The translations under genes were made by a program, and so were the position numbers. A stretch of DNA of 64,000 bases from an uncultured Hyphomicrobiales bacterium. GTDB lineage: Bacteria; Pseudomonadota; Alphaproteobacteria; Rhizobiales; TMED25. Numbering within the stretch: position 1 is the first letter of the stretch; every line of letters begins with the position of its first letter. The DNA lies in the NCBI GenBank assembly GCA_905181735.1, contig CAJIYR010000008.1:81876-145875 (forward strand). The letters run 5' to 3'. This document shows, piece by piece, positions 41,925 through 51,189 of this stretch. The notes beneath the pieces are model-generated. The model searched no databases. It saw only the letters and a list, made by a program, of their open reading frames with translations, and was not told where the DNA came from.

Positions 41925-42983
41925 ATGATTAAAGTAAATAAAATGCAAAATACTTCTGTAAATAATATGGTAATTCTAGCTAATATAAAAAAAGAACCGT
42001 CAAATAATAGCGGCATTAATTCCTTAATAGAATTAACGGCAGCTGATATGGAAAAAGTAAATTCTCTAATTATAAGCCAAACAATATCTAAGACAGATAT
42101 CATTCCTAAAATTTCTAGATATCTAATAACCGCAGGTGGAAAAAGATTAAGACCAATGTTAACCATCGCATCTAGTATATTATGTGGCCGCAAAGATAAT
42201 AATCATATTTTACTAGCGACCAGTGTAGAGTTTATGCATACGGCGACTTTATTGCATGACGATGTAGTTGATGACAGTAGTATGAGAAGAGGTAAAATTT
42301 CTGCCAAGATGTTATGGGGCAATGAAGCAAGCGTTCTTGTTGGGGATTATATATTAGGACAAGCATTTAAAATTATGGTTCAATCCGGATCATTAAAAGC
42401 TCTTGATACATTATCTAACGCTGCTGCTATTATTGCGCAAGGAGAAATAATGCAATTATCTAGTGTAAAAAATATCTCTACATCTGAAGATGACTATATT
42501 AATATAATTGAATCAAAAACTGCGGCTTTATTTGCTGCAGCAACAGAAATCGGTGGGATTATAAATGATCGTCCTAAAAAAGAATGCGAAGCGCTAAGAT
42601 CCTTTGGTTACAATCTTGGATTAGCATTTCAATTGGCCGATGATGCTTTAGATTACAACGGTGATGCTAAAACTCTGGGAAAAGAAATTGGTGATGATTT
42701 TAATGAAGGAAAAATAACCTTACCTATTATACTTTCTTACAAAAAATCAAATTCAGAGGAAAATAAATTCTGGAATAGCATTATGTTAAAGGAGGAAAGA
42801 ACACGCGATGACTTCGTTCAAGCGATGATAATATTACAAAAACATAATTGTATAAATGAAACTATTGAAGCAGCCGAGCATTATGCAAGCTTAGCAATTA
42901 AAGCTTTGGATCTATTTCCTGATTCTGAGATAAAAAAAGCTCTGATTGAAAGTGTGTTGTTTTCCTGTAATCGTAATCATTAA
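41925..42983 (+). CDS. ispB: Polyprenyl (octa/decaprenyl) diphosphate synthase
   Basis: 'GGKRLRP', 'LLHDDVVD..RRG', 'FQLADDALD', 'EGKITLP'; true start may be ATG 41943 or 41967. Confidence 0.93.
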   Translation: MIKVNKMQNTSVNNMVILANIKKEPSNNSGINSLIELTAADMEKVNSLIISQTISKTDIIPKISRYLITAGGKRLRPMLTIASSILCGRKDNNHILLATSVEFMHTATLLHDDVVDDSSMRRGKISAKMLWGNEASVLVGDYILGQAFKIMVQSGSLKALDTLSNAAAIIAQGEIMQLSSVKNISTSEDDYINIIESKTAALFAAATEIGGIINDRPKKECEALRSFGYNLGLAFQLADDALDYNGDAKTLGKEIGDDFNEGKITLPIILSYKKSNSEENKFWNSIMLKEERTRDDFVQAMIILQKHNCINETIEAAEHYASLAIKALDLFPDSEIKKALIESVLFSCNRNH

Positions 42984-42991
42984 AATTTAAA

Positions 42992-43861
42992 TCAAAATAA
43001 ATTAACCTTTTTACACCAATATTCAGGATAAGCGTTGACAATACAATCATACGCCTTGTCCAAATACTCTAGATCTTCATATAATCCAAAACAAGTAGCG
43101 CCGCTTCCAGACATCCGTGAAACTATACATTTATCTGTTTTTTGAATTGCAAGCAATATTGTGTTTATTTCAGGCTCTAAAGAACAAGCTATATCTTGTA
43201 AATCATTTTTACCGTTGACAATAAATTCCAATAAATTTTTCTGCTTATCTGGGGCAACTGAATTATTACTATCTGCATCTATTGAATTATTTAATTTCCT
43301 CATTGAAAAAACTTTTTTGGTAGATATTTCTTTATTCGGATTAACCAATAGAGCAGAAAATTTAATATCATTATTCAATGGCTGTATCTTTTCACCTGTA
43401 CCATGCAGAAATAATAGCTTTGAAAACAAACAAGCGTTAACATCCGATCCAATAGAATTTGGAATACCAGATTCTTTAATTTCGCTAACTCGATTATTGT
43501 TAATGTTACACAAACCTCTAAAGATCGCAGCTGCGTCAGCAGAACCACCACCTAAACCAGCTGCAATTGGTATATTTTTATCTAGTTTATATAGATAATA
43601 ATTCGAACCAGGATAAAGACTTCTATATCCATAATCACTTTTAATAATAAGGTTATCTAAGCTAGAAATAACACCATTAACATTACTTTTTATAAGAAGC
43701 TCAGTTTTTTGGTTTCTATAAAAATCTATTGAATCGTATAAATCAGTAAATGCAACTATACTGTTAATATTATGAAGGCCGTTTAAAGCTTTATCAAAAA
43801 CATTTAAAGTTAGATTTATCTTAGCAAATGCTTTTTCTGTATGTATAATTTTATTGTGAAT
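42992..43861 (-). CDS. ispE: 4-diphosphocytidyl-2-C-methyl-D-erythritol kinase; proposed ATT start
   Basis: Manual translation upstream of 43513 gives 'EKAFAKINLTLNV..GLHNINSIVAFTDLYD..DNLI..KNIPIAAGLGGGSADAA' with no stop until TAG 43868-43870; C-terminal 'NDLQ', 'MSGSGATCFG'; 289 aa. Confidence 0.92.
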   Translation of the reverse strand: MHNKIIHTEKAFAKINLTLNVFDKALNGLHNINSIVAFTDLYDSIDFYRNQKTELLIKSNVNGVISSLDNLIIKSDYGYRSLYPGSNYYLYKLDKNIPIAAGLGGGSADAAAIFRGLCNINNNRVSEIKESGIPNSIGSDVNACLFSKLLFLHGTGEKIQPLNNDIKFSALLVNPNKEISTKKVFSMRKLNNSIDADSNNSVAPDKQKNLLEFIVNGKNDLQDIACSLEPEINTILLAIQKTDKCIVSRMSGSGATCFGLYEDLEYLDKAYDCIVNAYPEYWCKKVNLF

Positions 43862-43872
43862 TTTTTTCTAAT

Positions 43873-43877
43873 TCCTT
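43873..43877 (-). promoter_or_regulatory. Shine-Dalgarno-like AAGGA 11 nt upstream of proposed ATT start of ispE
   Basis: Minus strand AAGGA-ATTAGAAAAAA-ATT-CAC-AAT. Confidence 0.45.
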
Positions 43878-43911
43878 GATTTTTAGAGATTATATAATTC
43901 TTAATTATAAA

Positions 43912-45573
43912 TCACATGTTAGAATAATTTGGTCCCCCGCCGCCCTCTGGTGCTACCCAGGTAATATTCTGGTTTGGATCTTTGATATCACAAGTCTTAC
44001 AGTGAACACAATTTTGGCTATTAATTTGCAATCTTTTATTATCTTGTTCACCAATCCATTCGTAGACGCCTGCAGGGCAATAATTACCAGAAGGTCCTCC
44101 ATATTTTTGGAACTCACTGTTAATTTGCATATCCATATCATTAACTTGGAGATGGACAGGTTGATCTTCTTCGTGATTAGTTGCCGATAAAAATACTGAA
44201 GAAGGTTTGTCAAAAGAATATTCTCCATCTGGTTTTGGATAAACTATTCTATTTCTATCATTAGCAATTTCCAATGTTTCATGATCAGCTTTTCTATGCG
44301 ACATTGTAATAGGGAGATTAATACCAAAATTTCTTAACCACATATCAATCCCGCCTAAGCTTATACCAAGATACGTTCCAAAACGCGACCATAATGGCTT
44401 AACGTTTTTTACTTTATTTAACTCTTTTTTTACATCACTGAAGTCGTATTTATTCTGGTAATCAATAGCTTCATCATTAGATCTATTATCAATAATAGCA
44501 TCAAATATAGATTCGGCAGCCATAACACCTGTTAATATAGCATTATGTGAACCTTTAATCCTCGGTACGTTAACAAATCCGGCCGAACAGCCAACCAAGA
44601 CTCCTCCAGGAAATGTTAACTTAGGTACAGATTGATAGCCACCTTCATTAATTGCTCTAGCCCCATATGAAATTCTCTTTCCCCCTTTTAAAATCTCTTT
44701 TATCATTGGGTGGGTTTTAAAGCGCTGAAACTCTTCGTATGGTGATAGGTGGGGATTAGTGTAATTTAAATGAACAACAAAACCTATTGATACTAAATTC
44801 TTATCGAAATGATATAGAAAAGAACCGCCACCAGTTCTCTTGTCTAATGGCCAACCCATAGTATGTTGAACGAGACCAGGTGTATGGTTGTCTTTAGGAA
44901 TTTCCCATAATTCCTTTAAACCAAGACCATATTTTTGTGTATCACTCTCTCTATCAAGCTTGAATTTATCTATTATTTTTTTAGACAACTGACCTCTAAC
45001 GCCTTCTGCAAATACTGTGTATTTTGCAAAAATTTCCATACCCCTCATGTAAGTCTCTTTCTTTGACTGGTCTTTAGCGACTCCTAAGTCACCTGTTGCT
45101 ACCCCAATCACGGAACCTTCTGAAGAATATAAAATTTCATTTGCTGGAAAACCAGGGTAAATTTCAATACCCATAGATTCTGCTATATTTCCAAGCCATT
45201 TAGTTAGATTTGACAAACTTGTAACATAACAGCCGTCATTTGACATTATTGGAGGCATAAGTAAATTTGGAATTCTTATGCCACCTGCAGGACCGAGAAG
45301 ATAGAACTTATCAGTGACGACTTCATCCATTACAGGGTGATCTAAGTCTCTCCAGTTAGGCAATAAAGAGTCTAAACCCACTGGATCAATAACTGCTCCA
45401 GATAAAATATGTGCACCTACCTCAGATCCTTTCTCTAAAACAGTAATTGATATTTCTTTACCAGCTTCGTCCGCTTGTTGTTTTAATTTAATAGCCGTAG
45501 CAAGCCCTGCAGGGCCAGCACCTACTATAACTACATCTATGTCTATTGATTCACGGTTTTCAATTTCTGTCAT
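43912..45573 (-). CDS. Electron transfer flavoprotein-ubiquinone oxidoreductase
   Basis: 'GAGPAGL', 'EVGAHILSGA', 'YGARAINEGG', 'KGSHNA', 'YCPAGVYE', 'NCVHCKTCDIKD', 'PEGGGGPNY'. Confidence 0.96.
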   Translation of the reverse strand: MTEIENRESIDIDVVIVGAGPAGLATAIKLKQQADEAGKEISITVLEKGSEVGAHILSGAVIDPVGLDSLLPNWRDLDHPVMDEVVTDKFYLLGPAGGIRIPNLLMPPIMSNDGCYVTSLSNLTKWLGNIAESMGIEIYPGFPANEILYSSEGSVIGVATGDLGVAKDQSKKETYMRGMEIFAKYTVFAEGVRGQLSKKIIDKFKLDRESDTQKYGLGLKELWEIPKDNHTPGLVQHTMGWPLDKRTGGGSFLYHFDKNLVSIGFVVHLNYTNPHLSPYEEFQRFKTHPMIKEILKGGKRISYGARAINEGGYQSVPKLTFPGGVLVGCSAGFVNVPRIKGSHNAILTGVMAAESIFDAIIDNRSNDEAIDYQNKYDFSDVKKELNKVKNVKPLWSRFGTYLGISLGGIDMWLRNFGINLPITMSHRKADHETLEIANDRNRIVYPKPDGEYSFDKPSSVFLSATNHEEDQPVHLQVNDMDMQINSEFQKYGGPSGNYCPAGVYEWIGEQDNKRLQINSQNCVHCKTCDIKDPNQNITWVAPEGGGGPNYSNM

Positions 45574-45695
45574 TTTATATCTCCTAGACCATTAATAAAC
45601 ATGTATTCTCAATAAATAAATAAATAAAATCTAAGTTTTATTAAATTTAGTATAAAATTATATAATATACATATATTAAACTTATAGGAATTAAT

Positions 45696-46469
45696 ATGGA
45701 AGCTGATCTTGTAAAAAAATTATATCTATTAAAGTGGTATGAGCAGGAAGGAATTTGTGAATTAGTAAACAATAAACCTATTAATAGATCTCAAGACAAT
45801 AAAAGTGATTTAATAAAAAATAATAACACCATAGTTAACTATGCAAGCAAACCTAGTAATAAAAAAATAAACTCTAATATAAAAAAATTAATTTCAAGCG
45901 TTACAAATATTGAAGAATTAGAAGGTATCATTAAAGATTACGATTTATGCCACCTAAGAGCAATATCTAACAAAACATGCTTCAAAGAAGGAAGTAACAT
46001 TGCAAAGATTCTATTAGTTAGCGATTATCCAAAAGCAGACGATGATCTTAGCGGTAGAATTTTTTCTGGCTTAGTTTCTGACTTATTAATTAAAATGCTA
46101 CTGTCAATTAACGTTTCGATAAACGATGTATATATGACAAATGTTGTTTATTGGAGAACACCAGGAGATAGAAATCCTAGCTATGAAGAAATAATTACAT
46201 GCAAACCATTTCTTGAGAGGCAAATAGAGATTGTAAAGCCTAAAATTATCATTACCCTTGGTGAAATTGCAACCAATACACTGTTAAATAAAAATAATAC
46301 AATAATGGAATTGAGGGGAACTTGGCATAGCTATGATAATAAAAAAATAGAATGTCCTGTAATGCCCATGTTACACCCATCATACCTTTTAAGGCAACCT
46401 GCTCAAAAAAAACTTGCTTGGCATGATTTGTTGTTAATTAAAGACAGGATCCATGAATTGAATTTATAA
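45696..46469 (+). CDS. Uracil-DNA glycosylase family 4-like protein (degenerate motif A)
   Basis: 'VYMTNVVYWRTPGDRNP', 'CKPFLERQI', 'LRGTW', 'HPSYLLRQP..KKLAWHDL'. Confidence 0.85.
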   Translation: MEADLVKKLYLLKWYEQEGICELVNNKPINRSQDNKSDLIKNNNTIVNYASKPSNKKINSNIKKLISSVTNIEELEGIIKDYDLCHLRAISNKTCFKEGSNIAKILLVSDYPKADDDLSGRIFSGLVSDLLIKMLLSINVSINDVYMTNVVYWRTPGDRNPSYEEIITCKPFLERQIEIVKPKIIITLGEIATNTLLNKNNTIMELRGTWHSYDNKKIECPVMPMLHPSYLLRQPAQKKLAWHDLLLIKDRIHELNL

Positions 46470-46485
46470 AAACAGGACGATAAAA

Positions 46486-47019
46486 ATGACAATAATTCGT
46501 AAATTCATTCCTCTAAATATAGGGGTTATGACTATATCTGATACACGGGACGAATCAAACGATAAATCCGGTAGTACTCTATGCAGTAAATTAATAAAAT
46601 CTGGTCATAATTTATATAAAAAGATAATTATCAAAGATGATGTGCAAGATATAAGAGATGCGGTCAACAAATGGCTAAGCGTAGAGAAAATTGATGTTAT
46701 AATTACCACAGGCGGCACAGGATTAACTGGTAACGACGTTACACCAGAAGCTATTCAACCGTTATTTGACAAAGAGATAACTGGATTTTCTGTCATTTTT
46801 CATCAGATTAGTTATCAAAAAATTGAAACTTCAACAGTACAATCTAGAGCGCTTGCTGGAGTAGCGCGAGGTAAATATATATTTGTACTTCCTGGTTCAC
46901 CCGGCGCATGCATTGATGCTTGGGAAGCTATACTAGAAAAACAACTAGATTACCGTCATTTACCATGTAATTTTGTTGAAATAATGCCTCGATTAGATGA
47001 AAACTTAAAAAGAAAATAA
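46486..47019 (+). CDS. moaB: Molybdenum cofactor biosynthesis protein B
   Basis: 'TISDTR', 'DKSG', 'TTGGTGLTGNDVTPEA', 'LPGSPGAC', 'PCNF'. Confidence 0.93.
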   Translation: MTIIRKFIPLNIGVMTISDTRDESNDKSGSTLCSKLIKSGHNLYKKIIIKDDVQDIRDAVNKWLSVEKIDVIITTGGTGLTGNDVTPEAIQPLFDKEITGFSVIFHQISYQKIETSTVQSRALAGVARGKYIFVLPGSPGACIDAWEAILEKQLDYRHLPCNFVEIMPRLDENLKRK

Positions 47020-47030
47020 TAATAAATGGC

Positions 47031-47666
47031 ATGAATAGAAAAATGTTAAACAGACCATCTTGTCTGATGGAAAACAATTATCAATTAAAGGGCTATAAAA
47101 TTATAGCAGGTACAGATGAAGCAGGTCGAGGGCCTATTGCGGGACCAGTAATTGCAGCAGCAGTTATATTGGATAAAAAAAACATTCCAGATGGTATTAA
47201 TGATTCAAAAAAATTATCTGAAAAAAATAGGAAAAAATTATTCTATGAAATAAAAAAATATGCTGACGTTGGAGTTGGAGTTGGAGATGTAGAGAAAATT
47301 GATAACATAAATATTCTTCAATCATCACTTTGGGCTATGAGGCAGGCTGTGTCATGTTTAAAAAGAGAGCCCGATTTAGTACTTGTAGATGGCAATATAT
47401 CAATAAACCCTCAATATAATAGCGTCCCGATAATAAAGGGTGACGCAATATCTCTGTCAATTGCAGCCTCATCAATAATTGCAAAAGTTATACGCGATGA
47501 AATAATGATAAAATTTTCATATATATTCAAGGACTATATGTTCGATGCTAACAAAGGCTATCCAACACAAAAACACTTAGCAATACTAAAAAAAATTGGA
47601 CCTTCCGCAATACATAGATTTACATTTAAGCCAGTAATAATATCTAGAGAAAATCTAAAAAATTAA
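47031..47666 (+). CDS. rnhB: Ribonuclease HII
   Basis: 'GTDEAGRGPIAGPV', 'DSKKL', 'KGD..SIAASSIIAKVIRD', 'NKGYPT', 'HR'. Confidence 0.95.
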   Translation: MNRKMLNRPSCLMENNYQLKGYKIIAGTDEAGRGPIAGPVIAAAVILDKKNIPDGINDSKKLSEKNRKKLFYEIKKYADVGVGVGDVEKIDNINILQSSLWAMRQAVSCLKREPDLVLVDGNISINPQYNSVPIIKGDAISLSIAASSIIAKVIRDEIMIKFSYIFKDYMFDANKGYPTQKHLAILKKIGPSAIHRFTFKPVIISRENLKN

Positions 47667-47725
47667 TAACTATTTTACTTTAATGCTCTAAATATTAGTT
47701 ATTAAATAATAGCACTGATTTATAA

Positions 47726-48835
47726 ATGAAAAAACCCATTAAAAATAATACCCTAATAGGCAATCTTAATTCAATAGTAATTGGAGATTGCGTTGAGGTT
47801 CTAAAAAATTATCCTGAGAATAGCATTGACCTAATTTTTGCCGACCCTCCCTATAACCTTCAACTTAACGATAAACTTCTTCGCCCAGATCGCTCTGAAG
47901 TAATAGGAGTAAGTGAGAATTGGGATAAGTTCTCAAGCTTTGAAGCTTATGATAATTTTTTAACTTGTTGGTTAAAAGAATGCCAAAGGATATTAAAACC
48001 AACAGGATCAATTTGGGTAATAGGTAGTTATCATAACATATTCAGAGTGGGGAGAGTTATTCAAGATATTGGATTCTGGATATTGAATGATATTATTTGG
48101 AATAAAACAAACCCAATGCCGAATTTTAGAGGAAGAAGATTTACAAATGCTCATGAAACAATCATATGGGCAGCAAAAGATAAAAACTCAAAATATAAAT
48201 ATAACTACGATGCAACTAAATCCTTAAATGGCGATATCCAAATGCGTTCTGATTGGAATATTCCAATCTGTACCGGCAGCGAAAGAGTTAAAAAACAAAA
48301 CGGCGAAAAGTCGCACCCAACCCAAAAACCAGAAGCGCTGCTTCATCGCATTCTTCTTTCTGCTTCTGAACCAGGGGCCATCGTTCTTGATCCTTTTTTT
48401 GGAACAGGAACAACCGGTGTAGTTGCAAAAAGATTAGGGAGAAAATGGATTGGAATTGAGAGCAACAAGGAATATGCAAAAATTGCTAATGAACGCATAT
48501 TAAGCGTAAATGAAGCTAGCAGAGAATCTATTGAGATAAAACAAACAAAGAGAGATCAGCCAAGAATACCTTTTGGTAATTTAGTTGAAAGAGGGCTAAT
48601 TGAACCGGGAACAAAACTTTATAGCTTAAAGAAGAAACACTTTGCCATTGTTAAGGTTGATGGAAGCATCGAAATTAATAATATGAATGGTTCAATACAC
48701 AAACTAGGCGCTTATGTTCAAGGTCTTGAGTCATGCAATGGATGGACTTTTTGGCACTTTTCTGACGGAAGAAAACTGCATCCAATTGATATGCTTAGAG
48801 AGAAAATTCGCTGTGAATTATCAAATGCAGCATAA
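47726..48835 (+). CDS. ccrM: Cell-cycle-regulated N6-adenine DNA methyltransferase (GANTC)
   Basis: 'FADPPYNLQL', 'GSYHNIFRVG', 'NPMPNFRGRRFTNAHET', 'HPTQKPE', 'DPFFGTGTT', C-terminal 'GSIHKLGA..CNGWTFW'; sits between rnhB and mutY. Confidence 0.93.
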   Translation: MKKPIKNNTLIGNLNSIVIGDCVEVLKNYPENSIDLIFADPPYNLQLNDKLLRPDRSEVIGVSENWDKFSSFEAYDNFLTCWLKECQRILKPTGSIWVIGSYHNIFRVGRVIQDIGFWILNDIIWNKTNPMPNFRGRRFTNAHETIIWAAKDKNSKYKYNYDATKSLNGDIQMRSDWNIPICTGSERVKKQNGEKSHPTQKPEALLHRILLSASEPGAIVLDPFFGTGTTGVVAKRLGRKWIGIESNKEYAKIANERILSVNEASRESIEIKQTKRDQPRIPFGNLVERGLIEPGTKLYSLKKKHFAIVKVDGSIEINNMNGSIHKLGAYVQGLESCNGWTFWHFSDGRKLHPIDMLREKIRCELSNAA

Positions 48836-48841
48836 TTAACT

Positions 48842-49909
48842 TCAAATATATTGCATTGCTTTTTTCATTAAGCTTGAAAATCCATATTTATGGAATTCTT
48901 CAGGTAAGACCCAGAAGCATTTATCTAGACTGAATGGAGACATAAAGTCTTTTTCGCTCTCAAATATTATCTTACCAACAATAGATAATGTTAAATAAAA
49001 ATGTGAAAAAGTATGTTTTATGACACCCAATTCACTGTAGTGAAGATTATTTGATTTTAAATATTTATTTTTATTTACAATCATTGCAGTATCTTCCCAG
49101 TTTGTACCAGGGAATTCGACGGTTCCACCCAACAATCCTTTTGAAGGTCTTTTTCTGAGAAGATAAGCTCCGTCTCTTCTTGTAATCAAATATAAAGTCC
49201 CTATTTTTTCACCCCTACTAACCTTCTTCCCTTTTATTGGTATTTGAGAAATTATATCTTGCTTTAATGACATGCATTTCTTCTCTAAGGGACAAATTGT
49301 ACACGTACAATTCTTTGCAGAACAAATTAACGAACCTACGTCCATCAATGACTGCAGAACATCTCCAGGTCTGTTTCCTGATGTTAATTGAAAAACTATG
49401 TCTCTAACCATTTTTTTGTTATAAGATAAATTACTAGATTGCAATGCAAATAACCTACTAATTACTCTCTCAATATTAACATCAACTGCATCAGACTGCT
49501 TATTAAATGCAATAGACATTATTGCAGCAGAGGTATAATCACCAATACCCGGTAATTTTTTTAATAAATTAATATCTTGAGGAAAGTTACCTTGAAAATC
49601 ATTCGCTATAATCTTTGCACATTTTAATAAATTTCGTGCCCTAGCGTAATATCCTAAACCAGCCCAAGCATTAATAATTTCATCTTCACTAGCAGACGCT
49701 AATAACTCTATATTAGGCCACTTTTCTATAAAATTTTTAAAATATTTTATTGCCGCAGAAACTGTTGTTTGCTGCAACATAACTTCGCTTACTAGAACTT
49801 TATATGGATCTAAATATTGTCCGTCCACACTTAAACGCCATGGCAAATCTCTTTTGTTTAAATCATACCAAGAAAGTAGTGGGTATTTAATACTATTTAA
49901 TTTATTCAT
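48842..49909 (-). CDS. mutY: A/G-specific adenine glycosylase
   Basis: 'RDLPWR', 'SEVMLQQT', 'WAGLGYYARARNL', HhH 'LPGIGDYT', 4Fe-4S Cys cluster, 'HTFSHF'. Confidence 0.95.
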   Translation of the reverse strand: MNKLNSIKYPLLSWYDLNKRDLPWRLSVDGQYLDPYKVLVSEVMLQQTTVSAAIKYFKNFIEKWPNIELLASASEDEIINAWAGLGYYARARNLLKCAKIIANDFQGNFPQDINLLKKLPGIGDYTSAAIMSIAFNKQSDAVDVNIERVISRLFALQSSNLSYNKKMVRDIVFQLTSGNRPGDVLQSLMDVGSLICSAKNCTCTICPLEKKCMSLKQDIISQIPIKGKKVSRGEKIGTLYLITRRDGAYLLRKRPSKGLLGGTVEFPGTNWEDTAMIVNKNKYLKSNNLHYSELGVIKHTFSHFYLTLSIVGKIIFESEKDFMSPFSLDKCFWVLPEEFHKYGFSSLMKKAMQYI

Positions 49910-49973
49910 TTAATGTTCAGTTAATATATAATTGTAATTACAGTATTACAAATAAATAATAAAAAATTTAAAA

Positions 49974-50459
49974 ATGAATAATACTAACAAAAAATATAGA
50001 AGTAGTCGGAATTATCCTGTTGCAATAGGGAGAATAATTAATCCAATTATCAAGCCAATTTACAAAGAATATGGAACAGGTCTTCCCGAAATAGAAGAAT
50101 CATGGAAACATGTCATTGGAGAGAAGTATTTTAAATCTACAAAGCCAAAACAAATTAAATGGATTAATTCCTCAAACTCAAGCAAAAATAAAAAAATAGG
50201 AATATTAGTAATATTAGCATACGGTCCGATATCTTTAGAGGTCCAATATTTAAATGATATAATTATCAACAAAGTTAATAACATTTATGGTTATGAAATA
50301 ATAAAAAAAATACAAGTAATACAAGTTAACGATTTAAAGTTAGAAATAGAATCAAATAAAAAAGCACCTTTAGAAGCAAATGACTTAAGTGAATTTAACT
50401 CAATAAAAAATATCAATCTAAAAAAAGCTCTTTCAAGAATTAAAGCTTTAACAAAGTAA
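49974..50459 (+). CDS. DciA/DUF721 family protein
   Basis: 'SWKHVIG', 'LEVQY..IINKVNNIYGY..IKKIQVIQ'; located between mutY and dsbA-smc. Confidence 0.7.
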   Translation: MNNTNKKYRSSRNYPVAIGRIINPIIKPIYKEYGTGLPEIEESWKHVIGEKYFKSTKPKQIKWINSSNSSKNKKIGILVILAYGPISLEVQYLNDIIINKVNNIYGYEIIKKIQVIQVNDLKLEIESNKKAPLEANDLSEFNSIKNINLKKALSRIKALTK

Positions 50460-50463
50460 ATGA

Positions 50464-51168
50464 GTGGAAATAAATATGATAAAATTAATAACGAATAACA
50501 AAATAAAAATTTTTCTTAGTGTACTACTTGCCATTATTTTATGGTTCGTATTTGTTTATAATAATAACATTAGTAGCAAAGAAAATAACTCTAACGATAT
50601 AGAAAGTACCAAAGATTACCGTTCCGATATATCTAGTGATCTTCTGGTAACCGGATCACTTGAAGATAGGTTTATAGGCAATGAAAATGCACCCATAACC
50701 ATAATAGAATATGCTTCTATGACATGCTCTCATTGTGCTGATTTTCATGCTGGTGTTTATCCAGAACTTAAAGAGAAATATGTAGATACAGGAATTGTAA
50801 AATTTATATTTAGAGAATTCCCTATAGACCAGTTAGCTGTGGCAGTATCAATGCTTGGCAGATGTGTTGAAGATGAGAAATACTTCCCATTCATTAATAT
50901 ATTATTTCAACAAAGAGCCCAATGGCTAATAGAACAACCGATTGAGCCATTAAAAAACTTATCAAAACAGGCTGGTCTAACAAATAAATTATTTGACCAA
51001 TGTTTAAAGGATCAAGAATTATTAGATTCCTTACTATCATCCAAAAAATATGCTAGTGAAAAATTAGCCGTTACATCAACTCCGACATTTTTTATAAACA
51101 ATAAAATGATTATAGGAAGCCAATCATTTGAAACTTTCGAAAATGAAATTCAAAATAACATTTATTAG
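50464..51168 (+). CDS. DsbA-family thiol-disulfide oxidoreductase
   Basis: N-terminal TM helix, 'IEYASMTCSHCADFH', 'REFP', 'STPTFFIN'; start may be ATG 50476. Confidence 0.9.
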   Translation: MEINMIKLITNNKIKIFLSVLLAIILWFVFVYNNNISSKENNSNDIESTKDYRSDISSDLLVTGSLEDRFIGNENAPITIIEYASMTCSHCADFHAGVYPELKEKYVDTGIVKFIFREFPIDQLAVAVSMLGRCVEDEKYFPFINILFQQRAQWLIEQPIEPLKNLSKQAGLTNKLFDQCLKDQELLDSLLSSKKYASEKLAVTSTPTFFINNKMIIGSQSFETFENEIQNNIY

Positions 51169-51189
51169 TATGATGGTATATTTTTAATT

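Noticed and set aside
42992-43870. ispE as a truncated pseudogene
   Set aside because: The reading frame is uninterrupted for about 290 codons with all motifs present; only the start codon is unusual
47726-48835. Restriction-modification defence system
   Set aside because: No endonuclease is nearby; sequence and rnhB/mutY context indicate housekeeping CcrM
49910-49924. CtrA-like box TTAA-N7-TTAA in the mutY/DciA divergent region
   Set aside because: Multiple chance matches are expected in 64 kb this AT-rich, and the terminal C of the consensus is absent; needs conservation data
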